Source: an uncultured Dehalococcoidia bacterium (GTDB lineage Bacteria; Chloroflexota; Dehalococcoidia; Lucifugimonadales; UBA3495). Taken from it: a DNA stretch of 64,000 nucleotides. Below are positions 28,760 to 38,439 of this stretch, one piece after another. Under the pieces are notes generated by a model that saw only the letters and a list, made by a program, of their open reading frames with translations, had not been told where the DNA came from and did no database searches. The stretch spans positions 41,879-105,878 of the forward strand of contig CATMOE010000005.1 of the NCBI GenBank assembly GCA_950072105.1. The letters are read 5' to 3'. The position numbers were made by a program, and so were the translations under genes. Numbering within the stretch: the stretch's first letter is position 1; each line of letters begins with the position of its first letter.

Positions 28760-29179
28760 ATGATTTCAATCACCGATGAGATGAAAGAAAATGTGGAAAT
28801 AGCGCTGGCCGACGGCTACGCCTGTCTGCTGGGAAGCGTGTCCAAAAGCGGCGAACCCCAGATCAGCCCCAAGGGCAGCGTGCTGGTATATGACGGGGAA
28901 ACTCTGGCTTACTGGGAGCGGGCAAAGCGCTCGGCGTTACAGAACGTGGGCGAAAATCCCAACGTGGTGATCTACTACAACCATCAAGCCAAGCGCTTGA
29001 GATGGCGGTTCCACGGGACAGCTACCGTTTATGAGGACGGTCCGATTCGCCAAGAGGTGATAGACCGTTGTGTCCAAGAGGAACTGGACCGGGACCCTGG
29101 GCTATTGGGAGTGGCGGTCCTGGTCAAGATTGACAAGATTACCGAGCTTTCCGGCAACGTGCTGCAGCAACGAGACTAG
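28760..29179 (+). CDS. Pyridoxamine 5'-phosphate oxidase-like split-barrel protein
   Basis: LGSVSKSGEPQISPKGS, WER and N..ENPNV. Confidence 0.85.
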   Translation: MISITDEMKENVEIALADGYACLLGSVSKSGEPQISPKGSVLVYDGETLAYWERAKRSALQNVGENPNVVIYYNHQAKRLRWRFHGTATVYEDGPIRQEVIDRCVQEELDRDPGLLGVAVLVKIDKITELSGNVLQQRD

Positions 29180-29203
29180 GGGGCGATAGGCTGATGCGGG
29201 TCG

Positions 29204-29755
29204 TTACTCAAAGAGTTGGACCACCGCAAGGTCCAACTCCGGTAATACCCGGGATCGCACCTGCTCCCCCAAGCCGGAAATGCCGAGGCGGACCCAAGAC
29301 CCTTCGGTCAACCCCAATATCTCCACGCTTCGCGCTTCGGGTGATACCAACCAGCATTCACTAACTCCAAGCGTTGCGTAGTCGGATAATTTTGCCTCCA
29401 AGTCGGAACGGCTATTACTTGGCGACAGGATCTCCACAACCAGATCGGGGCCCCCATCTACTTGGTCTCCCAGAATGCTCGCGCGTTCGTTGCTGACGAA
29501 CAGCAAGTCTGGCTGCCGGGTGCGCAATGGATCTCTCTGGACGATGACATCCACCGGGGCGAACAGGACTTCTCCCACCTGCTGTTCGGAGACGAATTGG
29601 TCCAGCTTCCAGAATAGATTTCCGAGTATCCTTTGATGCGCAACAGTAGGAGTGGGGGCGATAGTCATCACCCCATCGACGATGTCGAATCGGGCTTTGA
29701 TCTCTGGAGTTTTTAGGTACTCTTCGTAGGTCAACCGACGTGTTTGTGTGCACAT
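29204..29755 (-). CDS. Uma2 (DUF820) family PD-(D/E)xK endonuclease
   Basis: P...HQ, APVDV, QPDLLFV, PDLVVEILSPS and K..DY...GV.ECWLV.P. Confidence 0.93.
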   Translation of the reverse strand: MCTQTRRLTYEEYLKTPEIKARFDIVDGVMTIAPTPTVAHQRILGNLFWKLDQFVSEQQVGEVLFAPVDVIVQRDPLRTRQPDLLFVSNERASILGDQVDGGPDLVVEILSPSNSRSDLEAKLSDYATLGVSECWLVSPEARSVEILGLTEGSWVRLGISGLGEQVRSRVLPELDLAVVQLFE

Positions 29756-29903
29756 GGTTGCTCTCCTCATGGAAGGGCGGCGAGCATTAGGCTGTAGGCT
29801 GGATATTTAAGGACTGGCGGACGATTTTCTGAATTCATCCGCCAACCCTCGATGCTCTAGTTATAGCCAGTTTGATCTGGCATCGCTTTGCGGCCCAGAT
29901 CCC

Positions 29904-31622
29904 CTAAGTCTCTCCGGCCCGGCGGGCGTCGGCTCGCCAGTCGTCGGGGCTGGGTCCCCGGTCGATCAGCACGTCGATAACGGCGGGTAGGCCGGAAGCC
30001 TGGGCTTGGCGGATGGCGTCGGGCAAGTCCCTAGAGTCGCCTATCTGGATGCCGAAGGCGCCAAATCCCCGGGCTACTGCCCCGTTGTCTGTGGTCACGA
30101 ACTCCGATGCGATTCGGCGTCCTTCGGGTTGATGCTGCCGGACCATGCCCAGCGCGCCGTCGTTGAACACCACGCAGATGATAGGCAGGTCGTACTGAAC
30201 GGCGGTGGACAGGGCGTTCACCGTCATCATGTAACCACCGTCTCCAGTGACGCAGACCACGGGACGGTCCTTGTATACCAACTTGAGCCCCACCGCCGCG
30301 GGCAAGCCCCAACCCATCCCGGCAGTCCCACCCGGGCTGAAGAATGTGTTGGCCTGGCGGGCTTGGTACAAGTGCGCCATCCAGGTGCGGTTGTTGCCTG
30401 CGTCTAAAGCGAATATCGTGTCGGCGCTCAGGTTTTCGTTCAATAGCGCAACCAAACGTTGCGGGGTGACGGGAGAGCTTTCCCGGTGCATCTCCGGGTC
30501 GTCGTAGAAGGAATTATCCTGTTTTCGCCGGGGCAGGGCGTCGGCCCACTCCTTTCTGCCCGCGGCTGAGTTGGCGGCTACCGGCCGGGACGCCTCAACC
30601 AATTGGGACAGGATACTTCCGGCATCGCCGATAAGCCCCAATTCCACCGGGAATGTCCAGCCGGCGTTGCGGTCGTCGATGTCGATCTGAATGATCTTCT
30701 GGCGGAGCGGGTCGAAGATACTGGGCCGCTCCCGGACCGTGTCCTGGGGAGTCAACTTGGCGCCCACCACCACCACCGTGTCGGCTTCGCCCACCGACCG
30801 GTTGGCGGCTTCCTGGCCGTACACTCCCACCATCCCCACGGACAAGGGATGGGTCTCGGCGATAGCGCTCTTTCCTTTATAGGAGGTAGCCACCGGCATG
30901 TTCCAAAGCTCCGCCAGTTCTTGTAATTGTTGGTGTGACTTGGACATGTGCACGCCGTTGCCGGCCACCAGGACGGGACGTTGCGACTGGGACAGGATAT
31001 CGATGGCCCGCTGGATGTCTTGAGGAGCGCTTTGGGGTTTGGCGGTGTTCAGGTATCCGGCGGCATTGTGTATGAACGGGGGAGACTCCAAGTCTACTTC
31101 TCCGCTGATAGCCGCTGACCGCATGACCACGCAAGCCGGCCCGGGCCTGCCGCTGGTGGCATGCTTGATGGCCAACTGAGTCCCAATGACCGCTTCCTTG
31201 GGGTTGGTGGCCAGGGTGGTGTATTTGCTCATCGTCTTCAATATCGTGGTGATGTCCATGCTGCCGTACTCTCCGGCCCCGGACTGGTTGGCCGCATGAA
31301 AACCCACTCCGCCGTCGGAGGTGTCGGTTATCACCACCATCGGTGAACTGCTCAGCATGGCCTCCATGATGCCGAAGGTGGCGTTGGATGCCATGAACAA
31401 GCCCTGACCCATGATGGCCGCCGGGCGGCCGGTGGCCCGTCCGTAGGCGTCGGCCATGATGGCCGCTATTTGCTCATGGCGAACCAGGATAGTTTTGATG
31501 CGGTCTTCTTTGCCGTAAAGCAGGTTGTAGATCTGTCCGGTGCCGCCGCCGGGGATACCTATTACGTATTCCACTCCTGCTTCTTCCAGGGTCTGGACGA
31601 TCAATTCGTCGGCTGTGGGCAT
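29904..31622 (-). CDS. Thiamine-diphosphate-dependent enzyme (acetolactate synthase-like)
   Basis: GIPGG, VRHEQ.A..MADAYGRATG, SGRPGP and GDGG...NDG. Confidence 0.93.
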   Translation of the reverse strand: MPTADELIVQTLEEAGVEYVIGIPGGGTGQIYNLLYGKEDRIKTILVRHEQIAAIMADAYGRATGRPAAIMGQGLFMASNATFGIMEAMLSSSPMVVITDTSDGGVGFHAANQSGAGEYGSMDITTILKTMSKYTTLATNPKEAVIGTQLAIKHATSGRPGPACVVMRSAAISGEVDLESPPFIHNAAGYLNTAKPQSAPQDIQRAIDILSQSQRPVLVAGNGVHMSKSHQQLQELAELWNMPVATSYKGKSAIAETHPLSVGMVGVYGQEAANRSVGEADTVVVVGAKLTPQDTVRERPSIFDPLRQKIIQIDIDDRNAGWTFPVELGLIGDAGSILSQLVEASRPVAANSAAGRKEWADALPRRKQDNSFYDDPEMHRESSPVTPQRLVALLNENLSADTIFALDAGNNRTWMAHLYQARQANTFFSPGGTAGMGWGLPAAVGLKLVYKDRPVVCVTGDGGYMMTVNALSTAVQYDLPIICVVFNDGALGMVRQHQPEGRRIASEFVTTDNGAVARGFGAFGIQIGDSRDLPDAIRQAQASGLPAVIDVLIDRGPSPDDWRADARRAGET

Positions 31623-31635
31623 AATGTCTCCTTGA

Positions 31636-31666
31636 AGCTATCAACGTTCGGCTATCAGCATTCAGC
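31636..31666. repeat. Heptamer repeat element B
   Basis: agctatcaacgttcggctatcagcattcagc, next to the RBS of the minus-strand ThDP gene. Confidence 0.75.
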
Positions 31667-31777
31667 CTATAACCGTGCGTCGGTGAGGTTGTTGGGATGA
31701 TACGACGGGCCCGATAACCGGTCAAGGCTGGGCAAACTTGCCGTGTGCTTGCCTACGGGGAAGATCGCGTTGATTTC

Positions 31778-31806
31778 TTGACCCGGTTCAGGCGTGAGCG
31801 TATTAT
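31778..31806 (+). promoter_or_regulatory. Putative promoter
   Basis: TTGACC-N17-TATTAT. Confidence 0.6.
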
Positions 31807-31808
31807 CC

Positions 31809-31856
31809 CAGCAGTCAGCCTGGACTGTACTGATGGCTGACGGCTGATAGCTGAAA
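31809..31856. repeat. Heptamer repeat element C
   Basis: cagcagtcagcc...ctgatggctgacggctgatagctgaaa, before GGAGG. Confidence 0.8.
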
Positions 31857-31872
31857 TCTTGGAGGACTTACT

Positions 31873-33558
31873 ATGAAGGGCGGAGACGCATTAGTCCGCT
31901 GTCTGGAACTGGAAGGAGTGCGATACATCACCGGATTTGCTGGGGGTGGGCTTAACGTCTTGTTCCCCGCTCTTCGGACTTCAGAGACGATAAAAGTATT
32001 TGCCACCCGCCACGAACGGTTGGGGGTAGAGGTGGCCGACGGCTATGCTCGAGCCACCGGACAAGTGGGCGTGGCCATGACCGGTAGCGGCCCCGGCGCG
32101 ACCAACACCCTGACTGGAATAGCCGGCGCTTACGCCGACAATATACCGGTGCTGTTGCTTATGGGCCAGATCGCGCTACGCAACTTGGGCAAAGAGTACC
32201 AGCAGGAAGTTCCTTCCAGCATCTTCGACAACCTGGTCAAGTGGAAAGCGACCATCACCCGAGTGGACGAGATTCCCACAATTATGCGCCGTGCCTTCAC
32301 CAATCTTCGCTCGGGCTCCCCTGGGCCAGTGGTGATAGAAATGCCTCAGGACATCATGGCCGGCGAGATTTCTGATGAAGACTTTAGCTATACGCCGGTC
32401 GGTCCAGGCGCAAAACCGTCGGCGGCCCCGGCCGACGTTGAAATGGCCGCTGATCTATTGGTAGGGGCAGAGTACCCTGTGTTAAACGTCGGTGGTGGCT
32501 GTCTGTCGGCGGACGCCGCCGACGAGGTGATGGAGCTGGCCGAGTTGCTGTCCATGCCGGTGGCCAGTTCTCTGGTGGCCAAAGGAATCTTCCCAGAGGA
32601 CCACCCTTTGTCACTCGGTATGGGGATCTACCCCCGCAGCAAGTACGCCAGTGGACCGGCTATGCAGATCAACCGCAAGGTCGATGTGGTGTTGGCTGTA
32701 GGAAATTCCTATCGGCAACCCAACGGCACCGACGGGAGACCCTTCTCCCCTGGCGTGAAACTGATCCACGTCAACGCCGACCCAGCCGACCTGAACAAGA
32801 CTTATATGGCCGATGTTCCCATTCTGGCGGACGCCAAGCTGGCCCTCCGCGACATCATTAACGCCGTCAAAGACCGGGTTGGACCGGGCCGAGGCGGCGC
32901 TAAAGAGGAAGTGGTGGCGGAGATTCAGCAGGCCAGGGACAAATGGCTGGGCGAGTGGTATTCCGTTTTCACCGATGAATCGACGCCAACCAATGGTTAC
33001 CGGGTGGTCTATGATCTGATGCAGTTGGTTGACAAGGACAAGACCGTCGCCATCCATGACGCCGGCGGAAGCCGGGGATACGTCTCCCCCTTCTGGGTTA
33101 CCACCCGGCCCCGCAACTACGTTGGAATGGGCGGAATGGCGGCCATGGGTTGGTCCATGGGCGCGGCGGTAGGCGCCAAATTGGGGAAGCCTGACCATCT
33201 GGTCGTCCACCTGCTGGGGGACGCTTCCTTTGGTATGACGGGCATGGAGGTTGAGACCGCCGTCCGGATGGGCCTCCCAACCCTGACGATAATCGTCAAT
33301 AACGGTGGCACTGGAGGAGGCTTGATGGGCATGGAAAGACCGGGCGGCGCTCCTCCCGCCTTCGCTCAACTGGGTGGGAATTTTACGATGGTGGCCCAGG
33401 GGCTTGGCGCCCATGCCGAGCGGGTTGAAGATCCGGCCGAGATAACTCCGGCTCTCAAACGGGCCATCCAGGCCACGGAGAACGGCCAAGCGGCGGTGGT
33501 GGAGGTAATGATTAAGCCCATGCGCACACCTGAAGTCCCCGACGATTGGTCATTGTGA
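31873..33558 (+). CDS. Thiamine-diphosphate-dependent enzyme
   Basis: TRHER.G..VADGYARATG, SGPGATN, SGSPGPV and GDAS...NNG. Confidence 0.93.
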   Translation: MKGGDALVRCLELEGVRYITGFAGGGLNVLFPALRTSETIKVFATRHERLGVEVADGYARATGQVGVAMTGSGPGATNTLTGIAGAYADNIPVLLLMGQIALRNLGKEYQQEVPSSIFDNLVKWKATITRVDEIPTIMRRAFTNLRSGSPGPVVIEMPQDIMAGEISDEDFSYTPVGPGAKPSAAPADVEMAADLLVGAEYPVLNVGGGCLSADAADEVMELAELLSMPVASSLVAKGIFPEDHPLSLGMGIYPRSKYASGPAMQINRKVDVVLAVGNSYRQPNGTDGRPFSPGVKLIHVNADPADLNKTYMADVPILADAKLALRDIINAVKDRVGPGRGGAKEEVVAEIQQARDKWLGEWYSVFTDESTPTNGYRVVYDLMQLVDKDKTVAIHDAGGSRGYVSPFWVTTRPRNYVGMGGMAAMGWSMGAAVGAKLGKPDHLVVHLLGDASFGMTGMEVETAVRMGLPTLTIIVNNGGTGGGLMGMERPGGAPPAFAQLGGNFTMVAQGLGAHAERVEDPAEITPALKRAIQATENGQAAVVEVMIKPMRTPEVPDDWSL

Positions 33559-33574
33559 GGAGCGATTAACTTCC

Positions 33575-34684
33575 ATGAAAAGTATCGAGATCGACCGTAA
33601 CAAACGCCTTAAAGAAGAACCCGGTAAGGGTCACAACCGGTGGCATCCCGATATCACGCCGGTGCTGGAGGTGGACCCAGAGGAAGAAGTGCTGTTGGAG
33701 ACCCGGGACGCATCCGACGAGCAAGTTAAGCCCCACATGACAGTAGCCGACATGGAGGGCTTCGACGCCAAGGTGGCGCACCCGCTGACCGGGCCGGTTT
33801 ACATAACCGGAGCATCCCCCGGGGACCTGCTGGAAGTCGAGTATATTGACGTGATTCCCCAACCTCGAGGTTGGACGCGCAGCAGGCCCGGCGCCGGGTT
33901 CCTGCGGGACCTGTTCACCGAGCCCTACATCGCTCACTGGGAAATGAGCGACGGTTGGGCGACTTCGCCCCAGTTGCCCGGCGTGCGCATACCCAACGGG
34001 TCGTTCATGGGCACCGCCGGCATCGCGCCGTCTCACGCTCAGTTGGAGGAGTGGACCCGCCGGGAGGCGGACCTGGTGCGGCGAGGCGGAATCGCTCAGC
34101 CGCCGGATCCGGAAGATGCGGTGCCCTCGGGTGGTGACATCGCCGATACCGGCCTGCGCACCATACCGCCCCGAGAAAACTGCGGAAATGTAGATGCTAA
34201 GCAATTGACCAAGGGTTCACGGCTGCTGATACCGGTAAACGTGGACGGGGCCTTGTACTCCGCCGGGGATGGACACTTTGCCCAGGGCGACGGGGAGTGC
34301 TGTATCACCGCCATCGAGATGGGTGCTACAGCGGTGGTTAAGTTCAAGTTGCATAAGGGGGAAGCGGCCCGGCACAACATCAAGTTCCCTCGATTCGCCC
34401 ATCCCGGCTATTTCATCGCTCCGGAGTGGGCAGCTCCCCGAAACTTCATCGCCACCATGGGGATGCCCTTCCGGGATGACGGGACCCAGGAAGGCGAAGA
34501 CCTGACCTTGGCGGCGCGCCACGCGTTGATCCAGATGATAGATCTGCTCCAGGAGCGGGGTTGGTCCCGCCAGCAGGCGTATATCATCTGCAGTGTCGCC
34601 GTGGATCTAAGAGTTAGCAACATTGTGGACCTGCCGAACGTCACCGTGTCGGCCTTCCTCCCCGAAGACATCTTCCAGGGTTAA
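33575..34684 (+). CDS. Acetamidase/formamidase family protein
   Basis: HNRWHPDI, HPLTGPV...GA.PGD, PPRENCGNVD and GDGHFAQGDGE.C.TAIE. Confidence 0.95.
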   Translation: MKSIEIDRNKRLKEEPGKGHNRWHPDITPVLEVDPEEEVLLETRDASDEQVKPHMTVADMEGFDAKVAHPLTGPVYITGASPGDLLEVEYIDVIPQPRGWTRSRPGAGFLRDLFTEPYIAHWEMSDGWATSPQLPGVRIPNGSFMGTAGIAPSHAQLEEWTRREADLVRRGGIAQPPDPEDAVPSGGDIADTGLRTIPPRENCGNVDAKQLTKGSRLLIPVNVDGALYSAGDGHFAQGDGECCITAIEMGATAVVKFKLHKGEAARHNIKFPRFAHPGYFIAPEWAAPRNFIATMGMPFRDDGTQEGEDLTLAARHALIQMIDLLQERGWSRQQAYIICSVAVDLRVSNIVDLPNVTVSAFLPEDIFQG

Positions 34685-34732
34685 AGGCGGGCAAGGGACC
34701 AGAAAGTCCCTTGCCGATCCCAAGACGAATAA

Positions 34733-34764
34733 AAAGAGCCCCCGGCATTTGCCGGGGGCTCTTT
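34733..34764. terminator. Bidirectional intrinsic terminator
   Basis: AAAGAGCCCCCGGCA-tt-TGCCGGGGGCTCTTT; a second hairpin lies at 34690-34715. Confidence 0.88.
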
Positions 34765-34908
34765 GTTTACATAACACCTGCAGTAGCAATAATGTCGTCC
34801 TTGCCGAGCGTTGACAAGGATTTAAGACCTTGCAGGCTACCTAGGTTCGGTGACCGGCCTTAGTGGGCCTTAAAAGGGCCCACAAGGCCGGGCATCCAAA
34901 AACCGTGG

Positions 34909-35133
34909 TTAACTCGCGCGCTTTACCTCGAGGGTCTCACCCGGCGCCAACGCTACCCGTCGTACATTTATCCCCAACTTCAGCAACCAGTATCCCAGGG
35001 TTGCTTTACTCACACCCAACTCTTCGGCGGTGGCTGACAAGCCGACTTCATTGACCATCTCAGGTAGGAGGCGCTCCAGAGGCCGTTGGTGATCCCGCTC
35101 GACTCTTTGCATCAACTTAGTCTTCCTGGCCAT
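34909..35133 (-). CDS. Small helix-turn-helix protein (74 aa)
   Basis: HTH pattern LSATAEELGVSKATLGYWL; GGAGG RBS. Confidence 0.8.
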   Translation of the reverse strand: MARKTKLMQRVERDHQRPLERLLPEMVNEVGLSATAEELGVSKATLGYWLLKLGINVRRVALAPGETLEVKRAS

Positions 35134-35181
35134 AATGTACCTCCAATGTACTGAAGTGGACTCTCGGTGTACCGAGGTGTA

Positions 35182-35214
35182 AACACATTAGCATATATTT
35201 GTGTTAATTGTCAA
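35182..35214 (-). promoter_or_regulatory. Putative promoter of the HTH gene overlapped by an inverted repeat
   Basis: Minus-strand TTGACA-N18-TAATGT; AACACA-N12-TGTGTT palindrome at 35182-35205. Confidence 0.55.
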
Positions 35215-35287
35215 CATTTGTTTAAAAAAGTTTTAAGCTTTTCCTAAACAAAACTAGAACACGTAGCTAAATGCGCCTTGTTTCCGA

Positions 35288-35316
35288 TTGACCCGCCTTT
35301 GCGGCGCTGCTAAACT
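35288..35316 (+). promoter_or_regulatory. Putative promoter giving a leaderless dedA mRNA
   Basis: TTGACC-N17-TAAACT with a TG extension; ATG 8 nt downstream and no SD. Confidence 0.65.
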
Positions 35317-35324
35317 CGGGCCTT

Positions 35325-36011
35325 ATGGAAATCATTGAAACCATAGAAATTCTGTTTCTGGGAATCATTACTCAGGTCTACGGCGCTATCGGATGGCCCG
35401 GTGTGGTGTTTCTAATGGCCATTGAAAGCGCGGCCATACCTTTCCCCAGCGAGTTGATCATGCCCCTTGCCGGTTGGCTATTGATCCAGGCTAAAGGCGG
35501 AAGTGTGTGGTGGGTGCTATTAGCTGGGTTTTACGGCGGCATGGGGAACCTGCTGGGCTCGTGGGTGGCTTATTGGATTAGCATGAAGGGGGGACGGCCC
35601 CTTTTGCTGAAATATGGCAAATATGTACTGATGAGCAAGGACGAGGTTGATAAAGCCGAGATCTGGTTCAATAAGTACGGTGAGTGGGCCGTCTTCATCG
35701 GCCGGTTGCTGCCGGTAGTGCGTACATTCATCAGCATCCCCGCTGGGTTGGCCAGGATGAATCTTTGGCGCTTCTCCCTATATACCTTCGCCGGTTCCTT
35801 TATATGGAGTCTTGGATTGGCTTACGGCGGCTTTTTGTTAGGCGAAAACTGGGAGGACCTGCGGGCCGTGATGCGGCCCTTCGATATCCCTATCTTGCTC
35901 ATTCTGGCTGCCGGGGCGATCTGGTTGTTGGTGCACCGCATCAAGTCGATTCGGGCTCAGAATAGGACTTATGACGCAACTGATGGGACACCCGGCTCGC
36001 TGGACGAGTGA
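35325..36011 (+). CDS. DedA family membrane protein
   Basis: ES..IPFPSELIMPLAG, F.KYG and GRLLPVVRTFISIPAG. Confidence 0.95.
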   Translation: MEIIETIEILFLGIITQVYGAIGWPGVVFLMAIESAAIPFPSELIMPLAGWLLIQAKGGSVWWVLLAGFYGGMGNLLGSWVAYWISMKGGRPLLLKYGKYVLMSKDEVDKAEIWFNKYGEWAVFIGRLLPVVRTFISIPAGLARMNLWRFSLYTFAGSFIWSLGLAYGGFLLGENWEDLRAVMRPFDIPILLILAAGAIWLLVHRIKSIRAQNRTYDATDGTPGSLDE

Positions 36012-36058
36012 TCCTAAGTTCTTCCTTGAGCCAACCGAGGGCATGATACCCGCCTCGA

Positions 36059-36087
36059 TTGACACCTCCAGACCGGTAACCTAAGCT
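36059..36087 (+). promoter_or_regulatory. Putative promoter
   Basis: TTGACA-N17-TAAGCT, the same hexamers as 2664-2692. Confidence 0.6.
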
Positions 36088-36134
36088 GGTTGTACTCCAA
36101 CCGCCAACCGAATTTAAACCGTGTCTAACGAGGA

Positions 36135-37109
36135 ATGAGGATGCAAGCGCCCACCCTTCGGGACGTGTACGAAGCCAAGAAAACCATCGCGCCCTACTTA
36201 CCTAGGACTCCGTTACACTTTTCTCTAGGAATCAGCGACTTCTTGGACGCACAGGTCTATTTGAAACACGACGAGTATCTACCTCTGGGAGCATTCAAAG
36301 CCAGGGGAGGAGTCAACCTGTTGGCCCATCTGAGCGATGAGGAACGCGGCCGCGGGGTTATTACCGCTTCCACCGGCAACCATGGCCAGTCCATCGCCTA
36401 TGCCTGCGGATTGTTCGGCGCCCGGGCACTTATCGTGCTACCGGAGGAAGCTAATCCGGTAAAGGTAGCCGCCATGCGGGCCTTGGGCGCCGAGTTGATC
36501 TTCCATGGGCAAAACTTCGATGAGGCTAAGGACTATTGCGAGCGGTTGGCCGCCGAGGAGGGCTACCGATACGCGCACCCGGCTAATGAACCCCTGCTCA
36601 TCGCCGGAGTCGCCACTCAGACATTGGAAGTTATTGAGGACCTGCCCGACGTGGAGGTTATCGTCGCTCCCATGGGCGGGGGCAGCGGCGTTTCCGGCGC
36701 ATGTCTGGTGGCCAAATCGGTGGACCCTAACATCCAGGTCGTGGCGGTTCAATCGGAAGCCGCACCCGGTGGTTACCGGTATTGGAAGGAAGGGCGGCCG
36801 GTGGAATCTGCAGTGGAGACCTTTGCTGAAGGGTTGGCCACCAAAGTAGGCTACGACCTGCCCCAGTCGATCCTCCGGGAGCTTCTCGACGACTTTATCC
36901 TGGTGAGCGACGATGAGATCCGTTCGGCCATGGGCTTACTGGTGGAGAAGGCTCACACCTTGGCGGAAGGCGCGGGAGCGGCAGCCACTGCCGGCGCCGT
37001 GAAGATCAAGGACCGACTGAAGGGTAAAAAGGTAGCGATTACAGTCAGTGGGGCCAACGCCACAGTGTCCCGGTTGATAGACGCTTTCCAAGTGTACCAG
37101 AAGGAGTAG
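36135..37109 (+). CDS. Threonine/serine dehydratase family PLP enzyme (fold type II)
   Basis: GAFKARG, ASTGNHG, PMGGGSG and EGAGAA. Confidence 0.93.
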   Translation: MRMQAPTLRDVYEAKKTIAPYLPRTPLHFSLGISDFLDAQVYLKHDEYLPLGAFKARGGVNLLAHLSDEERGRGVITASTGNHGQSIAYACGLFGARALIVLPEEANPVKVAAMRALGAELIFHGQNFDEAKDYCERLAAEEGYRYAHPANEPLLIAGVATQTLEVIEDLPDVEVIVAPMGGGSGVSGACLVAKSVDPNIQVVAVQSEAAPGGYRYWKEGRPVESAVETFAEGLATKVGYDLPQSILRELLDDFILVSDDEIRSAMGLLVEKAHTLAEGAGAAATAGAVKIKDRLKGKKVAITVSGANATVSRLIDAFQVYQKE

Positions 37110-37134
37110 GGTAACCCTTTGGTGTAAGCGTGAG

Positions 37135-38145
37135 TTACTCGCTAGCGGACATGTATCGGGCCAACTCGTCACGGCTGAACTCGGGCAATGGCGTTTCCCC
37201 ATGGAGTTCGACCATCTGAAGGCCTTCGGCGGCATCCATCATCGTCCCTATCTCAAACCCGTCGATTCCCTCTTGTTCCAAGGCCGTCAGCAATCCAGGT
37301 ACATCGGGGGTGGGCAAAGTGATTAGCAGCGCACCCGAAGCCAGCAACCCCATTGGGTCCAAGCCCAGAACTCGGCAAACCTCCTGACACTCGGGCAAGA
37401 TTGGCACACTGCCTTCCTCGATGGCCAGCCCCAGCCCAGAGGCCTTTGCAACCTCTCTCAGGCCGGTAACCAACCCCCCTTCGGTAACGTCGTGCATGGA
37501 ATGAACCTGGCTTGAGGCACAGGCGATGCGGGCGTCGTTGAGTACACTTATACCCGGTACACTTAATAGGGAGGCGGCTTGATCTATCTCCCCTTGAGTC
37601 ATCCCGCCCTGAAGCAGGGCGGCTGGGCGCTCCCGGGCCAGTAACGCCGTTCCCTCAATGGCGATGCCCTTGGTTAGCACGATGCTGTCGCCGTCTTGGG
37701 CGCCGCCGGTAAGAATCAACCGGTCTTGCTCAACTTCTCCCAGCATCGTCCCCATGATGATCGGCCGGTCGATGCCGTAGGTCACCTCGCTATGTCCTCC
37801 CACCAGGGAGACATTCAGGGAGCGGCAGGCATCCAAGATCTGGTCGAACACCGCCTCAGCTTCGTCTTCGGTGAACCGTTCCGGCACCAACAGGGTGGCC
37901 AGGAACCACTTGGGGATCCCTCCGGTGCAAGCAACGTCGTTGGCGTTGACCTGAACGGCATACCAGCCTATCCGGTCGGTGGCGAAAGTTACCGGGTCGC
38001 TCTTGGCCACCAGTAAGCTTCCCCCAGTTTGTAGCACCGCTGTATCCTCGCCCACCCGGGGTCCCACCACCACTCGGGGGTCGGTAATGTCTACCTTGGC
38101 CAGGATCTTCTCCAGCAGGGCCGCCGGGAACTTTCCTACTTCCAA
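37135..38145 (-). CDS. AIR synthase-like (PurM/HypE/ThiL superfamily) protein
   Basis: GEDTAV, SDP, NANDVA, VGGHSE and MHDVTEGG. TTG start after AAGGAG. Confidence 0.88.
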   Translation of the reverse strand: MEVGKFPAALLEKILAKVDITDPRVVVGPRVGEDTAVLQTGGSLLVAKSDPVTFATDRIGWYAVQVNANDVACTGGIPKWFLATLLVPERFTEDEAEAVFDQILDACRSLNVSLVGGHSEVTYGIDRPIIMGTMLGEVEQDRLILTGGAQDGDSIVLTKGIAIEGTALLARERPAALLQGGMTQGEIDQAASLLSVPGISVLNDARIACASSQVHSMHDVTEGGLVTGLREVAKASGLGLAIEEGSVPILPECQEVCRVLGLDPMGLLASGALLITLPTPDVPGLLTALEQEGIDGFEIGTMMDAAEGLQMVELHGETPLPEFSRDELARYMSASE

Positions 38146-38439
38146 AGTCAACTCCTTGGATATATTTAGTTCCAGTTCGCCGTTGCCCGGTCCTTCTAAA
38201 GGCCCAGCCGCCGGCTCCGGGGGTGAGCTTGCCGTGGGCCCGCCGGCCAGACACTAGCGGACGAACGAATCCTGTTTTCGTATCCTGGCGTAGCTTCAGG
38301 TATAACGGATGTTACTGGAACACTAGAATAGTCGAATTATAACGGTACATAACCTGTCTTGGGCCCGGGTTCCTTGTAGTCCGTTAGAGATTGTGATAAA
38401 AATAACAAAGTGGGATCTTCCGTAGATTAAGGAGAAACG

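Noticed and set aside
29630..31870. TPP riboswitch near the ThDP-enzyme genes
   Set aside because: No CTGAGA...ACCTGA...AATGC..GCG.AGG consensus was found in any of their leaders.
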